A DNA stretch of 43,968 nt from Candidatus Buchananbacteria bacterium (GCA_903859075.1 CAIOLF010000003.1:1-43968), one strand, 5' to 3'. Positions 1 through 9,121 are shown, numbered from the stretch's first letter. Made by a program: numbers and translations. Notes: a model not told the origin generated them from the sequence alone.

Positions 1-1421
1 TCCGTGCGCGATGGCGGCGTGCTGACGATTATCTTGGTCTTTTTCTGATCGACGATCGGCGCGGTCTGGTCTATTTCCAATTTATAAACGGAAGAAGTGG
101 CGATCTCCCCTCCCCTGACCGACTTCAAAATCAGTTCATGCCGGCCTTCTTCAAGATTCACTATGCTTTCAAAATAACCGCCGGCATTTTTTATTATTGA
201 TTCAATCTGTTTATCTTTATCAATTATATAGATTTTTTCCGCTTCCGGAGCCAGGATTTTCAATGTGAGCTCGCTGTCTTTAAAAATTGAGCTGGATTCC
301 GGATAAATTAGAGTCGGCTTGACTAGCGGCGCTGAGGCTGTTTTTTGCCCCAAGATCCTGGCGGGAGCGTTGTTCTTTCTCAATTGATCGGCAAGAGTGT
401 TTTGGGGCTCAGTGGTTATTTGCCTGACAATTTTGGTTTGGTAATTGCTTTCGGTAGCGGTTTTAGGAGAACCAAAAAATTGCGCGACAAAAGTAGTATC
501 ATGATCATAATAGCTGCCGGAGATCATGGCGACGCCGATTTCCCTGTAGCTAGGGTCGATTATATTGGTATAATGGGTTTTGCTTTTAGTCCAGGCGTTC
601 ATGACTTGATTGGCGTCGCTAAAGCCCATGGCCAGGTTTTCGCCGGCTACGTCATAGCTGTAATTGACGTTTTTGAGCCAATAATTGAGAGTATGGCCGC
701 GCGGACTGGTATGGGAAAAGTACTGGTTGATGACCATGTCTTTGGCCTTATTAGCGGCCGCGTCAGCTAGTTTATTGCTGACTATGAGTTTATTTAGCCC
801 CAGACTGCCGCGGATTTCATTGGTTAGGGCGACGATTTTTTGCGATTGTTCGCTGGCGATGTCCGGCGTCAGCCAGGCGCTTAGAGGAATTATGGCGATA
901 GTGAGCATTACTACCGCCTTGATAACCATAGCCGTGATTGAATACCAAGCAATGCGGTGCGGCTTGAGAAAATTCGGCTGGAAATTATTGCCAAAATAAG
1001 GAATAAACAGATCCTTGAGCAGGCCTTGCCCGCGGGGGTTGCGGCCTAATTTTACTTCTTCGCCATCAGTAAGGCCGTTTTTATTGGTATCAGGATCGCG
1101 GGGATCGGTTTGAAACAATTTTATTTCCTCGTAATCTGATAACCCGTCATGATCAGTATCGGGATCGAGCGGATCGGTGCCATAGAGATATTCTTGGTAG
1201 TCGGACAGGCCATCGCGATCAGTGTCCTTAGTGAGCCGGACGATACTTCTTTCCAAGCTATTTTTTCCGGTGATCTGTTTTTTGGCGGTTTTTTTCTTTA
1301 CAGCTTTTTTGGCAACCCTTTTAGCCGCCACCCGGACTTTTTTTTGCGATTGTTTAGCGGTTTTTTTGAGTTCACGCAAATAACCGGCCAGAATCTTTTT
1401 TCTGATTGGCTTTAAAGTCAT
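1..1421 (-). CDS. Membrane-anchored CAP/SCP (YkwD-like) domain protein with thrombospondin-type-3-like Ca-binding repeats; partial, C-terminus beyond the window
   Basis: Not in the ORF track because it runs off the window edge. My reverse-complement translation from ATG (1419-1421) is open to position 1. Order: MTLKPIRKK..., Lys-rich N-terminus, DTDRDGLSDYQEY/DPDTDHDGLSDYEE/DPDTNKNGLTDGEE repeats, TM helix, then CAP motifs (NEIRGSLGL, YFSHTSPRG, GENLAMG, AWTKSKTHYTNI). The plus-strand ORFs here are shadows. Confidence 0.75.
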   Translation of the reverse strand, partial: MTLKPIRKKILAGYLRELKKTAKQSQKKVRVAAKRVAKKAVKKKTAKKQITGKNSLERSIVRLTKDTDRDGLSDYQEYLYGTDPLDPDTDHDGLSDYEEIKLFQTDPRDPDTNKNGLTDGEEVKLGRNPRGQGLLKDLFIPYFGNNFQPNFLKPHRIAWYSITAMVIKAVVMLTIAIIPLSAWLTPDIASEQSQKIVALTNEIRGSLGLNKLIVSNKLADAAANKAKDMVINQYFSHTSPRGHTLNYWLKNVNYSYDVAGENLAMGFSDANQVMNAWTKSKTHYTNIIDPSYREIGVAMISGSYYDHDTTFVAQFFGSPKTATESNYQTKIVRQITTEPQNTLADQLRKNNAPARILGQKTASAPLVKPTLIYPESSSIFKDSELTLKILAPEAEKIYIIDKDKQIESIIKNAGGYFESIVNLEEGRHELILKSVRGGEIATSSVYKLEIDQTAPIVDQKKTKIIVSTPPSRT

Positions 1422-1540
1422 AATTAAATTATATTTACCGTTTAATTATAACACAAATTGTCCGCGTCAGCCAAATTAGTTTTCCACTTTTCACTAAAAG
1501 ATAATAGCAGCTCTCTTGGGGAAAGCTGTTACTAAAATTA

Positions 1541-1580
1541 TCTAAATCAAAAGCTCGTCCCGCCATGGCGGGACGAGCTC
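1541..1580 (-). terminator. Rho-independent terminator after rplU
   Basis: Perfect GC-rich palindrome agctcgtcccgcc/ggcgggacgagct (1552-1579), followed on the minus strand by TTTGATTT. Confidence 0.6.
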
Positions 1581-1587
1581 GGGGACA

Positions 1588-1887
1588 TTAAATTTTGGTG
1601 ATCTCCACTTCTGTATAGTTCTGGCGATGCCCGAATTTCTTTTTTTCTCTGGTTTTGCGTTTGAATTTGACGCCGATCACTTTAGCTGCTCTTCCCTGCC
1701 TGACCGCCTTGCCTTGGACTTTGCCGGCTAGCGGGGTGCCGATTTCTACTTTATCGCCGTCGGCGACGAGCAGGGCATCAAACTCCACGGCAGCTCCATC
1801 AGCTACGTCCAACTTTTCAATCCTTAGTCTAGCTTTTTCGGCTACAACATATTGCTTGCCGCCGGTTTTAATGACTGCTAATTTCAT
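1588..1887 (-). CDS. rplU: 50S ribosomal protein L21
   Basis: MKLAVIKTGGKQYVV... is a typical L21 N-terminus; 99 aa. Confidence 0.95.
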   Translation of the reverse strand: MKLAVIKTGGKQYVVAEKARLRIEKLDVADGAAVEFDALLVADGDKVEIGTPLAGKVQGKAVRQGRAAKVIGVKFKRKTREKKKFGHRQNYTEVEITKI

Positions 1888-1941
1888 TGTTTTGGTATTA
1901 TTTCAATTGTTTTAGTATAGCAGAATCCGCAAATTTGTCAA

Positions 1942-2850
1942 TTATTTGCTCTTGAGACGCTTAGCAAAGCGGTTCCAGTCAACGACTATCGGACTAGCGA
2001 CAAAAATCGAGGAATAGGTGCCGACAATGATGCCGGCGATAAGCGCCAAGACAAAATACCTAGTGCTGTCGCCGCCGAAGATGTACAGCGCCAATAATGC
2101 CAATAAAGTGGTTACAGAAGTATTGATTGAGCGGGAAACTGTCTGATTAACGCTGTCATTGACCACGTCTTCGAAATTACCGCTGTAATGCTTGGAGAGA
2201 TTTTCTCTGGTGCGGTCGAAAACGACGATCGTATCATGAACGGAAAAGCCCAAAACCGTCAGCAAGGCGGTAATAAATAAGCTATCCACTTCAATGCCCA
2301 TAAAATGACCCAGCAGCGAGAATAAGCCGGTGACAATTAAAATGTCATGAAGCAAGGCGACGACAGCGGCGACGCCGTATTTCCAAGAAGCGACCGGTTT
2401 GGAGACTTTGCGGAAAGCGTAAGCGATATATAAGATGATTGCCAGCGATGCCAGAATAAGCGCCAGCCAGGCTTTATTTTTCAATTCCTCGCCGATGACC
2501 GGGCCGACTGATTCAAAACGCAATTCTTTCACTTCTTGGCCTTGATTTTTATCTTTTAATTCTTTGATTATTTTTTGGTGGGTTTCTTCATCAACCGCCT
2601 TAAATCTCAGGATAATCCCCTTTTCGTCAGCGGTTTGGATTTTTAAGTCGCCCAGATTAAGATCAGCCAGCTGGCCGGAGACCTCATTATTGGCCGGCCG
2701 GCTATTGCTGAAATTGACTTCCGTCAAGCTGCCGCCGGTGAAATCCAAGCCCAGCTTGAGGCCCCACATCACCAAACTGACAATACTGATAATCGCCAGA
2801 ATTGCGGAAATGGAATAATTGATTTTTCGATTTTGGATTATTCTAAGCAT
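1942..2850 (-). CDS. secF: Protein translocase subunit SecF
   Basis: 302 aa, six-TM SecF pattern (LGLDFTGG, VVFDRTREN), immediately downstream of secD. Confidence 0.9.
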   Translation of the reverse strand: MLRIIQNRKINYSISAILAIISIVSLVMWGLKLGLDFTGGSLTEVNFSNSRPANNEVSGQLADLNLGDLKIQTADEKGIILRFKAVDEETHQKIIKELKDKNQGQEVKELRFESVGPVIGEELKNKAWLALILASLAIILYIAYAFRKVSKPVASWKYGVAAVVALLHDILIVTGLFSLLGHFMGIEVDSLFITALLTVLGFSVHDTIVVFDRTRENLSKHYSGNFEDVVNDSVNQTVSRSINTSVTTLLALLALYIFGGDSTRYFVLALIAGIIVGTYSSIFVASPIVVDWNRFAKRLKSK

Positions 2851-2853
2851 AAA

Positions 2854-4674
2854 TTATTTTTTTACCCGATAAAGCCATCTGGCTTTACTAATGCGCCATT
2901 TGGCTGCCAGGATCAGCAATTGCCTGGTGATAGTAATGGCGGAAAACATGGAGACCAAGATGCCGATAGCCAGAGTGAAAGCAAAGCCGCGGATAATGCT
3001 GGAACCGAACCAGAAGAGAATCACGCAGGTGATCAGCGAGGAAATATTGGAGTCGCGGATGGAGCTCCAGGCGCGTCTGAAGCCCTCGTCAATGGCGTTG
3101 CCCAGCTCGCGGCCGCCTTTCAGCTCTTCTTTTAGGCGTTCAAAAATAAGCACATTGGCGTCCACGGCCATGCCGATAGACAGAATAAAGCCGGCAATGC
3201 CCGCCAAAGTCATCGTAACCGGAATCATCTTGAAAATAAATAAAGCGATAGTGGTGTAGATAAGCAAAGCAATCACTGACAGCACGCCCGGCAGACGGTA
3301 ATACAAAATCATAAAAATTGCCACCAGCAATAGACCGATCAGGCCGGCAAACAAGCTTTTATGCACCGATTCGTTGCCCAGTGTCGCTCCGACAGTGGTC
3401 TGAGAAATCAGGGTAATCGGTACCGGCAGAGCGCCGGCGTTAAGCCGTTGGGCCAATAACTTGGCCTCTTGCACGGTGAAATTGCCGCTAATAACGGCCT
3501 TGCCGGTCAGGATCGGTTCATTAACCCTGGGGGTACTGATGGGTTCGCCATCCAAGAAAATAGCGACCGGTTTGCCATTATTTCTGGTAGTAATCTCGCC
3601 GAATAACTTGGCGCCTTCATCATTGAATTCCAAAGAGACCTGGGCGCTGCCGGTAGTCTGATCAAATTCGATGCGAGCTTTTTTGAGCTGCTTGCCGGTC
3701 AGCTTCGTGCTGAGCCATTCCTGCTGTACGGTGATTCCCAAATCGGCGGCAGTTTTTGTCTTGAATAATATATGGCGGACATCGACAACTTTATTATCGC
3801 CCTCGCCGCTTAACGCCTCCAATTTTATGATGTGGTAGCCATAAACTGTTTTGACTAGCTCCGGATAAATTTCTCCCGGCTTCAGCTTGGTAAAAACCGC
3901 TTCATCAAATTCCGGCACGAATTGGCCTTTCTTAACGCCTTTATATAGGCCGCCGCTGTCCTTACTGCCCGGATCCTCGCTTAATTGCTTGGCCAGTGTG
4001 GCAAAGTCTTCGCCTTTTTTAATTTTATCAAGAGTATCTTGGGCATTTTTTAAAACATCAAAATTCATCTGATCCAATTGTTTTTGCTGATCGGCAGTCA
4101 ATTTGGTCGCGGCCGGATTTTCTTCTTTGAATTCCAAAAGCGGAGTCTCGCCGATCATCTTGATGGCGGCATTGACATCATAAACTCCGGCCAATTCCAC
4201 TAATACGCGCCAATTTCCGCCAACCTGATTAGTCTGGACTAATGGCTCGGAAACGCCCATGGCATTGACGCGGCGCTCAATAACATCGCGGACTCCGGAC
4301 AGCGAATCAGCCCGCTCGGCTTCCGGTACTTGGCTGACATCGGCATTATAAATAAGCTGGGTGCCGCCGAGCAGATCAAGACCGAGATGGAAATACGGGC
4401 CGTAACCGGGGAGCTCGATTTCTTTGATGCTTTTCCAAGCTAAGCGCTGGCTGTTGTCAACCGGGTTTTTTTGCCAGATCGGCCAGATTTTTAAGTCTTT
4501 AACTATCGGGACGGCTGAGAGCCCAGCATCTATGGCCGTAGTAATTTGATTTTTCTGGCCCAGCAGATCAATAAAACCGGTTATTAAAAATAAGATGATA
4601 ATACCAAAAATCGCCCAGCGAAGGCGGCTTCTTGGTCCGGTCTTGGTCATGCTTTCAAATAATTTCGAGGCCAT
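2854..4674 (-). CDS. secD: Protein translocase subunit SecD with an inserted parvulin-like PPIase domain
   Basis: SecD blocks present (LGLDLLGG, ETPLLEFK, FLDGEPISTPRV, C-terminal six-TM region). About aa 203-308 match parvulin (DFATLAKQLSEDPGSKDSGGL...GQFVPEFDEAVF...YGYHIIKL). Confidence 0.9.
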   Translation of the reverse strand: MASKLFESMTKTGPRSRLRWAIFGIIILFLITGFIDLLGQKNQITTAIDAGLSAVPIVKDLKIWPIWQKNPVDNSQRLAWKSIKEIELPGYGPYFHLGLDLLGGTQLIYNADVSQVPEAERADSLSGVRDVIERRVNAMGVSEPLVQTNQVGGNWRVLVELAGVYDVNAAIKMIGETPLLEFKEENPAATKLTADQQKQLDQMNFDVLKNAQDTLDKIKKGEDFATLAKQLSEDPGSKDSGGLYKGVKKGQFVPEFDEAVFTKLKPGEIYPELVKTVYGYHIIKLEALSGEGDNKVVDVRHILFKTKTAADLGITVQQEWLSTKLTGKQLKKARIEFDQTTGSAQVSLEFNDEGAKLFGEITTRNNGKPVAIFLDGEPISTPRVNEPILTGKAVISGNFTVQEAKLLAQRLNAGALPVPITLISQTTVGATLGNESVHKSLFAGLIGLLLVAIFMILYYRLPGVLSVIALLIYTTIALFIFKMIPVTMTLAGIAGFILSIGMAVDANVLIFERLKEELKGGRELGNAIDEGFRRAWSSIRDSNISSLITCVILFWFGSSIIRGFAFTLAIGILVSMFSAITITRQLLILAAKWRISKARWLYRVKK

Positions 4675-4761
4675 TTGACTGTGAATCAGGTAATTTAAAA
4701 CTATTTTATTTTAGCAAAAAGAATTAAAAATCGCAAGACCCTAAGAAAATAAGTAAGAAAA

Positions 4762-4789
4762 TCAATAAAAAACCCGCCTTTTGGCGAGA
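4762..4789 (-). terminator. Terminator after gap
   Basis: Minus strand reads ctcgcc-aaaa-ggcggg followed by TTTTTTATT. Confidence 0.5.
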
Positions 4790-4812
4790 TTTTTAAAGTT
4801 TTTGGGCAGTTT

Positions 4813-5817
4813 TTAGACAGCTAAAGCCATTTCTACCAGCCGGTTGGAATAACCCCACTCATTGTCATACCACGCGAGGATTTTTACCAGATTGCCGCCG
4901 ACCACCCGGGTAAATTTAAGATCAATAATCGCCGATTGAGTCGTGCCGATGATGTCAGTGGAGGCCAGTTCGTCATCCGGGCCGGTCACCCCCAGAATAT
5001 TCTTGTACATCGGGTGGCTGGAAAATTTTTTGAAAGTTTTATTTATTTCCTCAACGGTCGTATTTTTCTTTAGTATCGCGGTGATATCCGACAGTGAGCC
5101 GCAAATCACGGGAACACGGATGGAAATTCCGTCGAATTTATCTTTTAATTCGGGAATCGTCAGAATAGTGGCTTTGGCGGCACCGGTGGTTGAGGGCGCC
5201 ATATTGGCGGCACCGGCTCTCCCCCGCCGCAAATCTTTGGAGTCGGGGCCGTCTACCAATTTCTGGCTCGCCGTATAGGCATGAACAGTAGTCATGATTG
5301 CTTTCTCGACGCCGTAGACAGAATGCAATATCTGCATCACCGGAGAAATACAGTTAGTAGTGCAGGAAGCATTGGAAACTATCTTATCATTTTTGCCCAG
5401 TGTTTTTTTGGTCAGCTCCGTGCCAAAAACCAGCGTCTGCACCTCGTCTTTGGCGGGTGCCGATAAGACGACTTTTTTAGCCCCGGCTTTGAGGTGCAGC
5501 TGCAAATCAGCTTTTTTTTCAAAAACTCCAGTGCATTCCAAAACAACATCAACTCCGATTTTTTTCCAAGGCAACTTGGCCGGATCTTTTTTGGCAAAGA
5601 CGGGATATTTTTTGCCGTCTACGATGATATTTTTGGCGTCATAACCGACTTTATGCCCATAGCGTCCATAGGCAGAATCATAGCGCAACATATAGGCCAA
5701 AGTTCGGGTATCAGTCAGATCATTGATGGCGACCACCTGGGCGTTTTTTTTGGTCAGGGCGATTTTGAAGGCAGAGCGGCCGATGCGGCCGAAGCCGTTG
5801 ATGGCGATTTTTATCAT
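4813..5817 (-). CDS. gap: Glyceraldehyde-3-phosphate dehydrogenase
   Basis: MIKIAINGFGRIGR NAD-binding N-terminus, catalytic SNASCTTNC, WYDNEWGYS C-terminus. Confidence 0.95.
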   Translation of the reverse strand: MIKIAINGFGRIGRSAFKIALTKKNAQVVAINDLTDTRTLAYMLRYDSAYGRYGHKVGYDAKNIIVDGKKYPVFAKKDPAKLPWKKIGVDVVLECTGVFEKKADLQLHLKAGAKKVVLSAPAKDEVQTLVFGTELTKKTLGKNDKIVSNASCTTNCISPVMQILHSVYGVEKAIMTTVHAYTASQKLVDGPDSKDLRRGRAGAANMAPSTTGAAKATILTIPELKDKFDGISIRVPVICGSLSDITAILKKNTTVEEINKTFKKFSSHPMYKNILGVTGPDDELASTDIIGTTQSAIIDLKFTRVVGGNLVKILAWYDNEWGYSNRLVEMALAV

Positions 5818-5881
5818 ATGGCTTAAGTGTTAGATTTAATTGATTTAATTATAACAAAAGTTGATGAATATTGACAGACAC

Positions 5882-5910
5882 TTGGCATAATTATCTAAAT
5901 TTGCTATAAT
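5882..5910 (+). promoter_or_regulatory. Sigma70-type promoter for GC-rich cassette 1
   Basis: TTGGCA (5882-5887), 17-nt spacer, TATAAT (5905-5910) with TG at -15/-14. Confidence 0.55.
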
Positions 5911-5967
5911 GCGACGTAGGTTAAATCATGGCTCTTTAGTAATAAAACAAGGCATTTGCGGGGAATT

Positions 5968-6022
5968 ATGCTTACATCCTTTAGATTATGAAGAAAATTT
6001 GCAACCTAAAGGATGTAAGCAT
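5968..6022 (+). repeat. Perfect 17-bp inverted repeat (hairpin) in the leader of cassette 1
   Basis: atgcttacatcctttag (5968-5984) and ctaaaggatgtaagcat (6006-6022), 21-nt spacer, no mismatch. Confidence 0.9.
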
Positions 6023-6079
6023 TGAAATTGGGCAAGAATTGGCAGAGACAGGGCAAACCTGAAGAAGGAGAACCACGGC

Positions 6080-6529
6080 ATGGCTAAGACATACCCGCAA
6101 GTGGGAGAAGTTATTGAGTTGACGCTCAATGGCGATGATCCCAAGAATGTTCCGCTTGGCATGGTCAGAGATTTCGGCTACTACTCCGACGGCTGGAAGC
6201 ACAAAGGCAAAACCGTCACAGGAACGCAGACGCGCCGGTTCATGCTCGTTAAGGTTGGCTATCAGTCCAATCTGGCTGAAGCCAGGAAGGCGCTGGAAAC
6301 GGCTCACGGCCCCACGCCTGAGGGCCAGTGGCTACAGGCCTTCCGAGCCGAGTACCCCACACCCGATGGCAATGGCCCCGTCGGCATTGCCGATTCTGCG
6401 TGGGCCGGTCCGCGCGGCTATGCCGACTTTCCGTTTGTGGGCTCGAACGGCAGGCCGCGCTTCGGCTGGCCTGGCCGCGGTCTCCGTGAGGCTTGGCGTT
6501 GGCTCGTTCCCGCCCCCGTCGGCAAGTAA
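6080..6529 (+). CDS. Hypothetical protein, G+C-rich ORFan (149 aa, Trp/Gly/Pro-rich C-terminus)
   Basis: AAGGAG 9 nt upstream of the ATG. Balanced amino-acid composition, unlike the overlapping Arg/Ser/Ala-rich alternative frames. Has its own promoter and downstream terminator. No family recognised. Confidence 0.55.
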   Translation: MAKTYPQVGEVIELTLNGDDPKNVPLGMVRDFGYYSDGWKHKGKTVTGTQTRRFMLVKVGYQSNLAEARKALETAHGPTPEGQWLQAFRAEYPTPDGNGPVGIADSAWAGPRGYADFPFVGSNGRPRFGWPGRGLREAWRWLVPAPVGK

Positions 6530-6595
6530 CTTTCGGCCTTCGGACTCTGGGACGCTGGAAGCTTTGGGCGCCTTGTTTCCCTTGAATTCTGGCTC

Positions 6596-6629
6596 CGCTT
6601 GGTCAGTATGACTAGCGGGGCTTTTTTTT
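6596..6629 (+). terminator. Candidate terminator of cassette 1
   Basis: Imperfect stem ccgct...agcgg followed by a T8 run (6622-6629). Confidence 0.4.
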
Positions 6630-6649
6630 ATTTGATTTCTATTATCATA

Positions 6650-6683
6650 AAAAAACTGCCGACACGTAAGCCGGCAGTTTTTT
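6650..6683. terminator. Bidirectional terminator between cassette 1 and the PSP1 gene
   Basis: aaaaaa-ctgccg-acacgtaag-ccggcag-tttttt: hairpin flanked by an A-run and a T-run. Confidence 0.6.
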
Positions 6684-6695
6684 ATAAAGTAAAAT

Positions 6696-7523
6696 TTATT
6701 TTTCCTTCTCAGCTTCCTTATTAACAATCGGTATCTCCACGATTATCGGCTTATCCCCTTCTTTTTCCGGATCAAGGCGGACGTTGACGCTGCCGCGCAG
6801 GACATGCCAGCCGATGACTTCGCCGCGGCCGTGTTTGGTGCGTACCCGGGTGCCTACGGCCGGTAGCTTGCCAATTAATTCCTGATAATGTGATTCTTCA
6901 TAAGCCAGGCAGCACTTGAGGCGGCCGCAGACGCCGGAGAGGCGCTCCGAGCCGCGATGGACTACTTGCTGGTGCTCGGCAAACTCGCTCGTCACGTTGC
7001 CGAGTTTTTTCAGGTGTCCGATACAGCACTGCGTCAAGCCGCAACAGCCGATGTCGCCGGTGATTTTGGCTTCATCGCGCACGCCCAATTGGTGGAGGCG
7101 GATATTTTTTTGATAGTGGCGGCTGAGGTCTTTGACCAGTTCGCGGAAATCGACGCGGCCGTCGGCAATAAAAGCAAAGGTGACCCGCTGGCCGTCGAGC
7201 GAAGTGTGGACGTCAACCAGCTTCATTTCCAGATTATGTTTTTTAATGGCGCGATGGCAATACTCCAAGACAGCTTCCGCGTCTCGGTTATTGGCGTTAT
7301 TGCTAGAGAAGTCTTCGGCCGAAGCGACCCGTTCAACAATATTGCCTATAGGTGTTTCTTGGAGCTGAGCCTCAGTCAGCTCCTGGAATTCGATTATTTT
7401 TCCCAGTTCTTGCCCGTGTTCGCAGGCAATGGCTACAGAGTCGCCCAGGGACAGCCGCAGTCCGTTGGGATTAAGCGCCATGATTCTTTCCCAGGCATTG
7501 ATTGATATGAGTATTGCTTGCAT
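6696..7523 (-). CDS. ricT: PSP1-domain protein (RicT/YaaT-like)
   Basis: Cys-rich PSP1 motifs CCGLTQCC and CGRLKCCLAYE. The track ORF starts at 7553, which overlaps the tsf stop. The ATG at 7523 (MQAIL...) or further in (MALNP...) is more likely. Confidence 0.8.
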   Translation of the reverse strand: MQAILISINAWERIMALNPNGLRLSLGDSVAIACEHGQELGKIIEFQELTEAQLQETPIGNIVERVASAEDFSSNNANNRDAEAVLEYCHRAIKKHNLEMKLVDVHTSLDGQRVTFAFIADGRVDFRELVKDLSRHYQKNIRLHQLGVRDEAKITGDIGCCGLTQCCIGHLKKLGNVTSEFAEHQQVVHRGSERLSGVCGRLKCCLAYEESHYQELIGKLPAVGTRVRTKHGRGEVIGWHVLRGSVNVRLDPEKEGDKPIIVEIPIVNKEAEKEK

Positions 7524-7533
7524 GTAATATTTT

Positions 7534-8310
7534 TTATACTTGGAATCTAGCAAAGGAAATCAGCTGGTTGGCACCCAGCAGATCCTTGATTTTTTTATCA
7601 TCATCCTTGATGAAGCGCTGGCTGCCGAGGCAATTTTCTTCATAGAATTTTGCCAGCTTGCCGTCGATGATTTTATCCCAGATGGCTTCCGGCTTGTTTT
7701 CGTTTTTTAATTGTTCGCGGTAAATTTCTTTTTCCTTATCAATGTCGGCGGCCGGCACGCTTTCCGGGTTAAGGTATCGGGGAGACATGGCCGCTACTTG
7801 CATAGCCAGGTCTTTGGCCAGTTCCTTAGCGCCGCCGGAAATAATTACTACGCCGGCGATTTTTTTATTGGAATGAAGATAACTTCCTATTACCGGTCCG
7901 GAAAAAATTCCACAGCCGCCCAGCTGCAAGTTTTCACCGATTTTCATGACTAACTCGTTTTTGATATATTCTTCGGCCCAAGCGCGGAAAGCGGCTTCGT
8001 TAGTCAGTTCTAACAGTTTGGCGGCAAAATTCTCAACGGTAGAATTAAAATCGTCGGTGCGGGCGACAAAGTCGGTCTCGCAGTTTAGGGTGACGACAGC
8101 GAGCCGGCCGTTTTTTTCTACGAAGGCAATGACGCCTTCTTTGGCGGCGCGGTCAGCTTTTTTGGCGGCTTTAAGCTCGCCTTTTTTGCGCAGGATTTCA
8201 ATGGCCAAACTTATATCGCCGCCGGATTCTTCCAACGCGGCCTTGCAGTCGTTGATTCCGATTCCGGTCTTATCGCGGAGTTCGGAGATGATCTTGAGAT
8301 CGATAGGCAT
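7534..8310 (-). CDS. tsf: Elongation factor Ts
   Basis: UBA-like N-terminus ISELRDKTGIGINDCKAALEESGGD; downstream of rpsB as in most bacteria. Confidence 0.9.
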   Translation of the reverse strand: MPIDLKIISELRDKTGIGINDCKAALEESGGDISLAIEILRKKGELKAAKKADRAAKEGVIAFVEKNGRLAVVTLNCETDFVARTDDFNSTVENFAAKLLELTNEAAFRAWAEEYIKNELVMKIGENLQLGGCGIFSGPVIGSYLHSNKKIAGVVIISGGAKELAKDLAMQVAAMSPRYLNPESVPAADIDKEKEIYREQLKNENKPEAIWDKIIDGKLAKFYEENCLGSQRFIKDDDKKIKDLLGANQLISFARFQV

Positions 8311-8324
8311 GGTATTTGAAATTA

Positions 8325-9023
8325 TTAATTTTTATTTTTTAACTCAGTCTTGCCCTCTTTGATGGCCTCGGCAATCGTCTTGGTGATGATGTCAATTGAT
8401 TTGACGGCGTCATCATTGGCCGGGATCGGATAATCAAGCAATTCCGGATTAGTATTGGCATCGCAAAAGCCGACGATGGCGATTTTTTTCTTGCGGGCTT
8501 CGGCGATAGCGGTTTTTTCCTTTTTGGCGTCGAGGACAAAAATAGCCTCCGGCAATTTATTGACTTCGGTCAGTCCGCCGACGGTCTTCTGCAATTTTTC
8601 GATTTCTTTGCCAAAATCCGACTGCTCCTTTTTGGTGTATTTGTGCAGAGCGCCGCTCTCCTTCTGCTCTTTGAGCGATTTGTATTTTTTGATCAATTTG
8701 CTGACGTTGATGAAGTTGGTGAAGAATCCCCCCACCCAGCGCTCGGTGACGAACGGCATGCCGCAGTCTTTGGCATATTTCTCTAATATTTTCTGGCCTT
8801 GTTTCTTTGTCCCCACAAATAAAACAAGACCGCCGCCCATAGCTATTTTTTTGACGTGGGCGGCCGCCTCTGCCAGCTTCTCTAGAGTTTTTTCCAGATC
8901 GATGATGTAGATGCCATTTCTCTCAGTAAAGAGATAGGGTTTCATCTTGGGGTGCCAGCGGCTTTTTTGGTGGCCAAAATGCACGCCGGATTGCAGCAAT
9001 TCGCTGATTGTCGGTAAAGACAT
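8325..9023 (-). CDS. rpsB: 30S ribosomal protein S2
   Basis: LLQSGVHFGHQKSRWHPKMKPYLF... is the canonical S2 N-terminus. Confidence 0.95.
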   Translation of the reverse strand: MSLPTISELLQSGVHFGHQKSRWHPKMKPYLFTERNGIYIIDLEKTLEKLAEAAAHVKKIAMGGGLVLFVGTKKQGQKILEKYAKDCGMPFVTERWVGGFFTNFINVSKLIKKYKSLKEQKESGALHKYTKKEQSDFGKEIEKLQKTVGGLTEVNKLPEAIFVLDAKKEKTAIAEARKKKIAIVGFCDANTNPELLDYPIPANDDAVKSIDIITKTIAEAIKEGKTELKNKN

Positions 9024-9121
9024 AATTTTTCCTTTCGGCCTCTACTTTTATGATCCGGCCTGTCAGGCGGGACAAGGAAAATTAAAAGTATGAGGGATAT
9101 TTATTAATTAATGCAAGATTA

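Noticed and set aside
345-1415. Three plus-strand track ORFs (345-770, 685-999, 1149-1415).
   Set aside because: They overlap each other in different frames and have odd composition. They lie antisense to a continuous minus-strand reading frame with clear CAP-domain and Tsp3 motifs, so they are shadow ORFs.
5981-6727. Alternative ORFs in G+C-rich island 1 (6129-6611 plus, 5981-6307 minus, 6332-6727 minus).
   Set aside because: Long open frames are expected by chance in G+C-rich DNA. These are Arg/Ala/Ser/Pro-rich and lack an RBS. The 6080-6529 frame has an AAGGAG and balanced composition.
7524-7553. The track start of the PSP1 gene at 7553.
   Set aside because: It would overlap the tsf stop (7534) by 20 nt. 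The internal ATG at 7523 avoids the overlap. The start remains uncertain.
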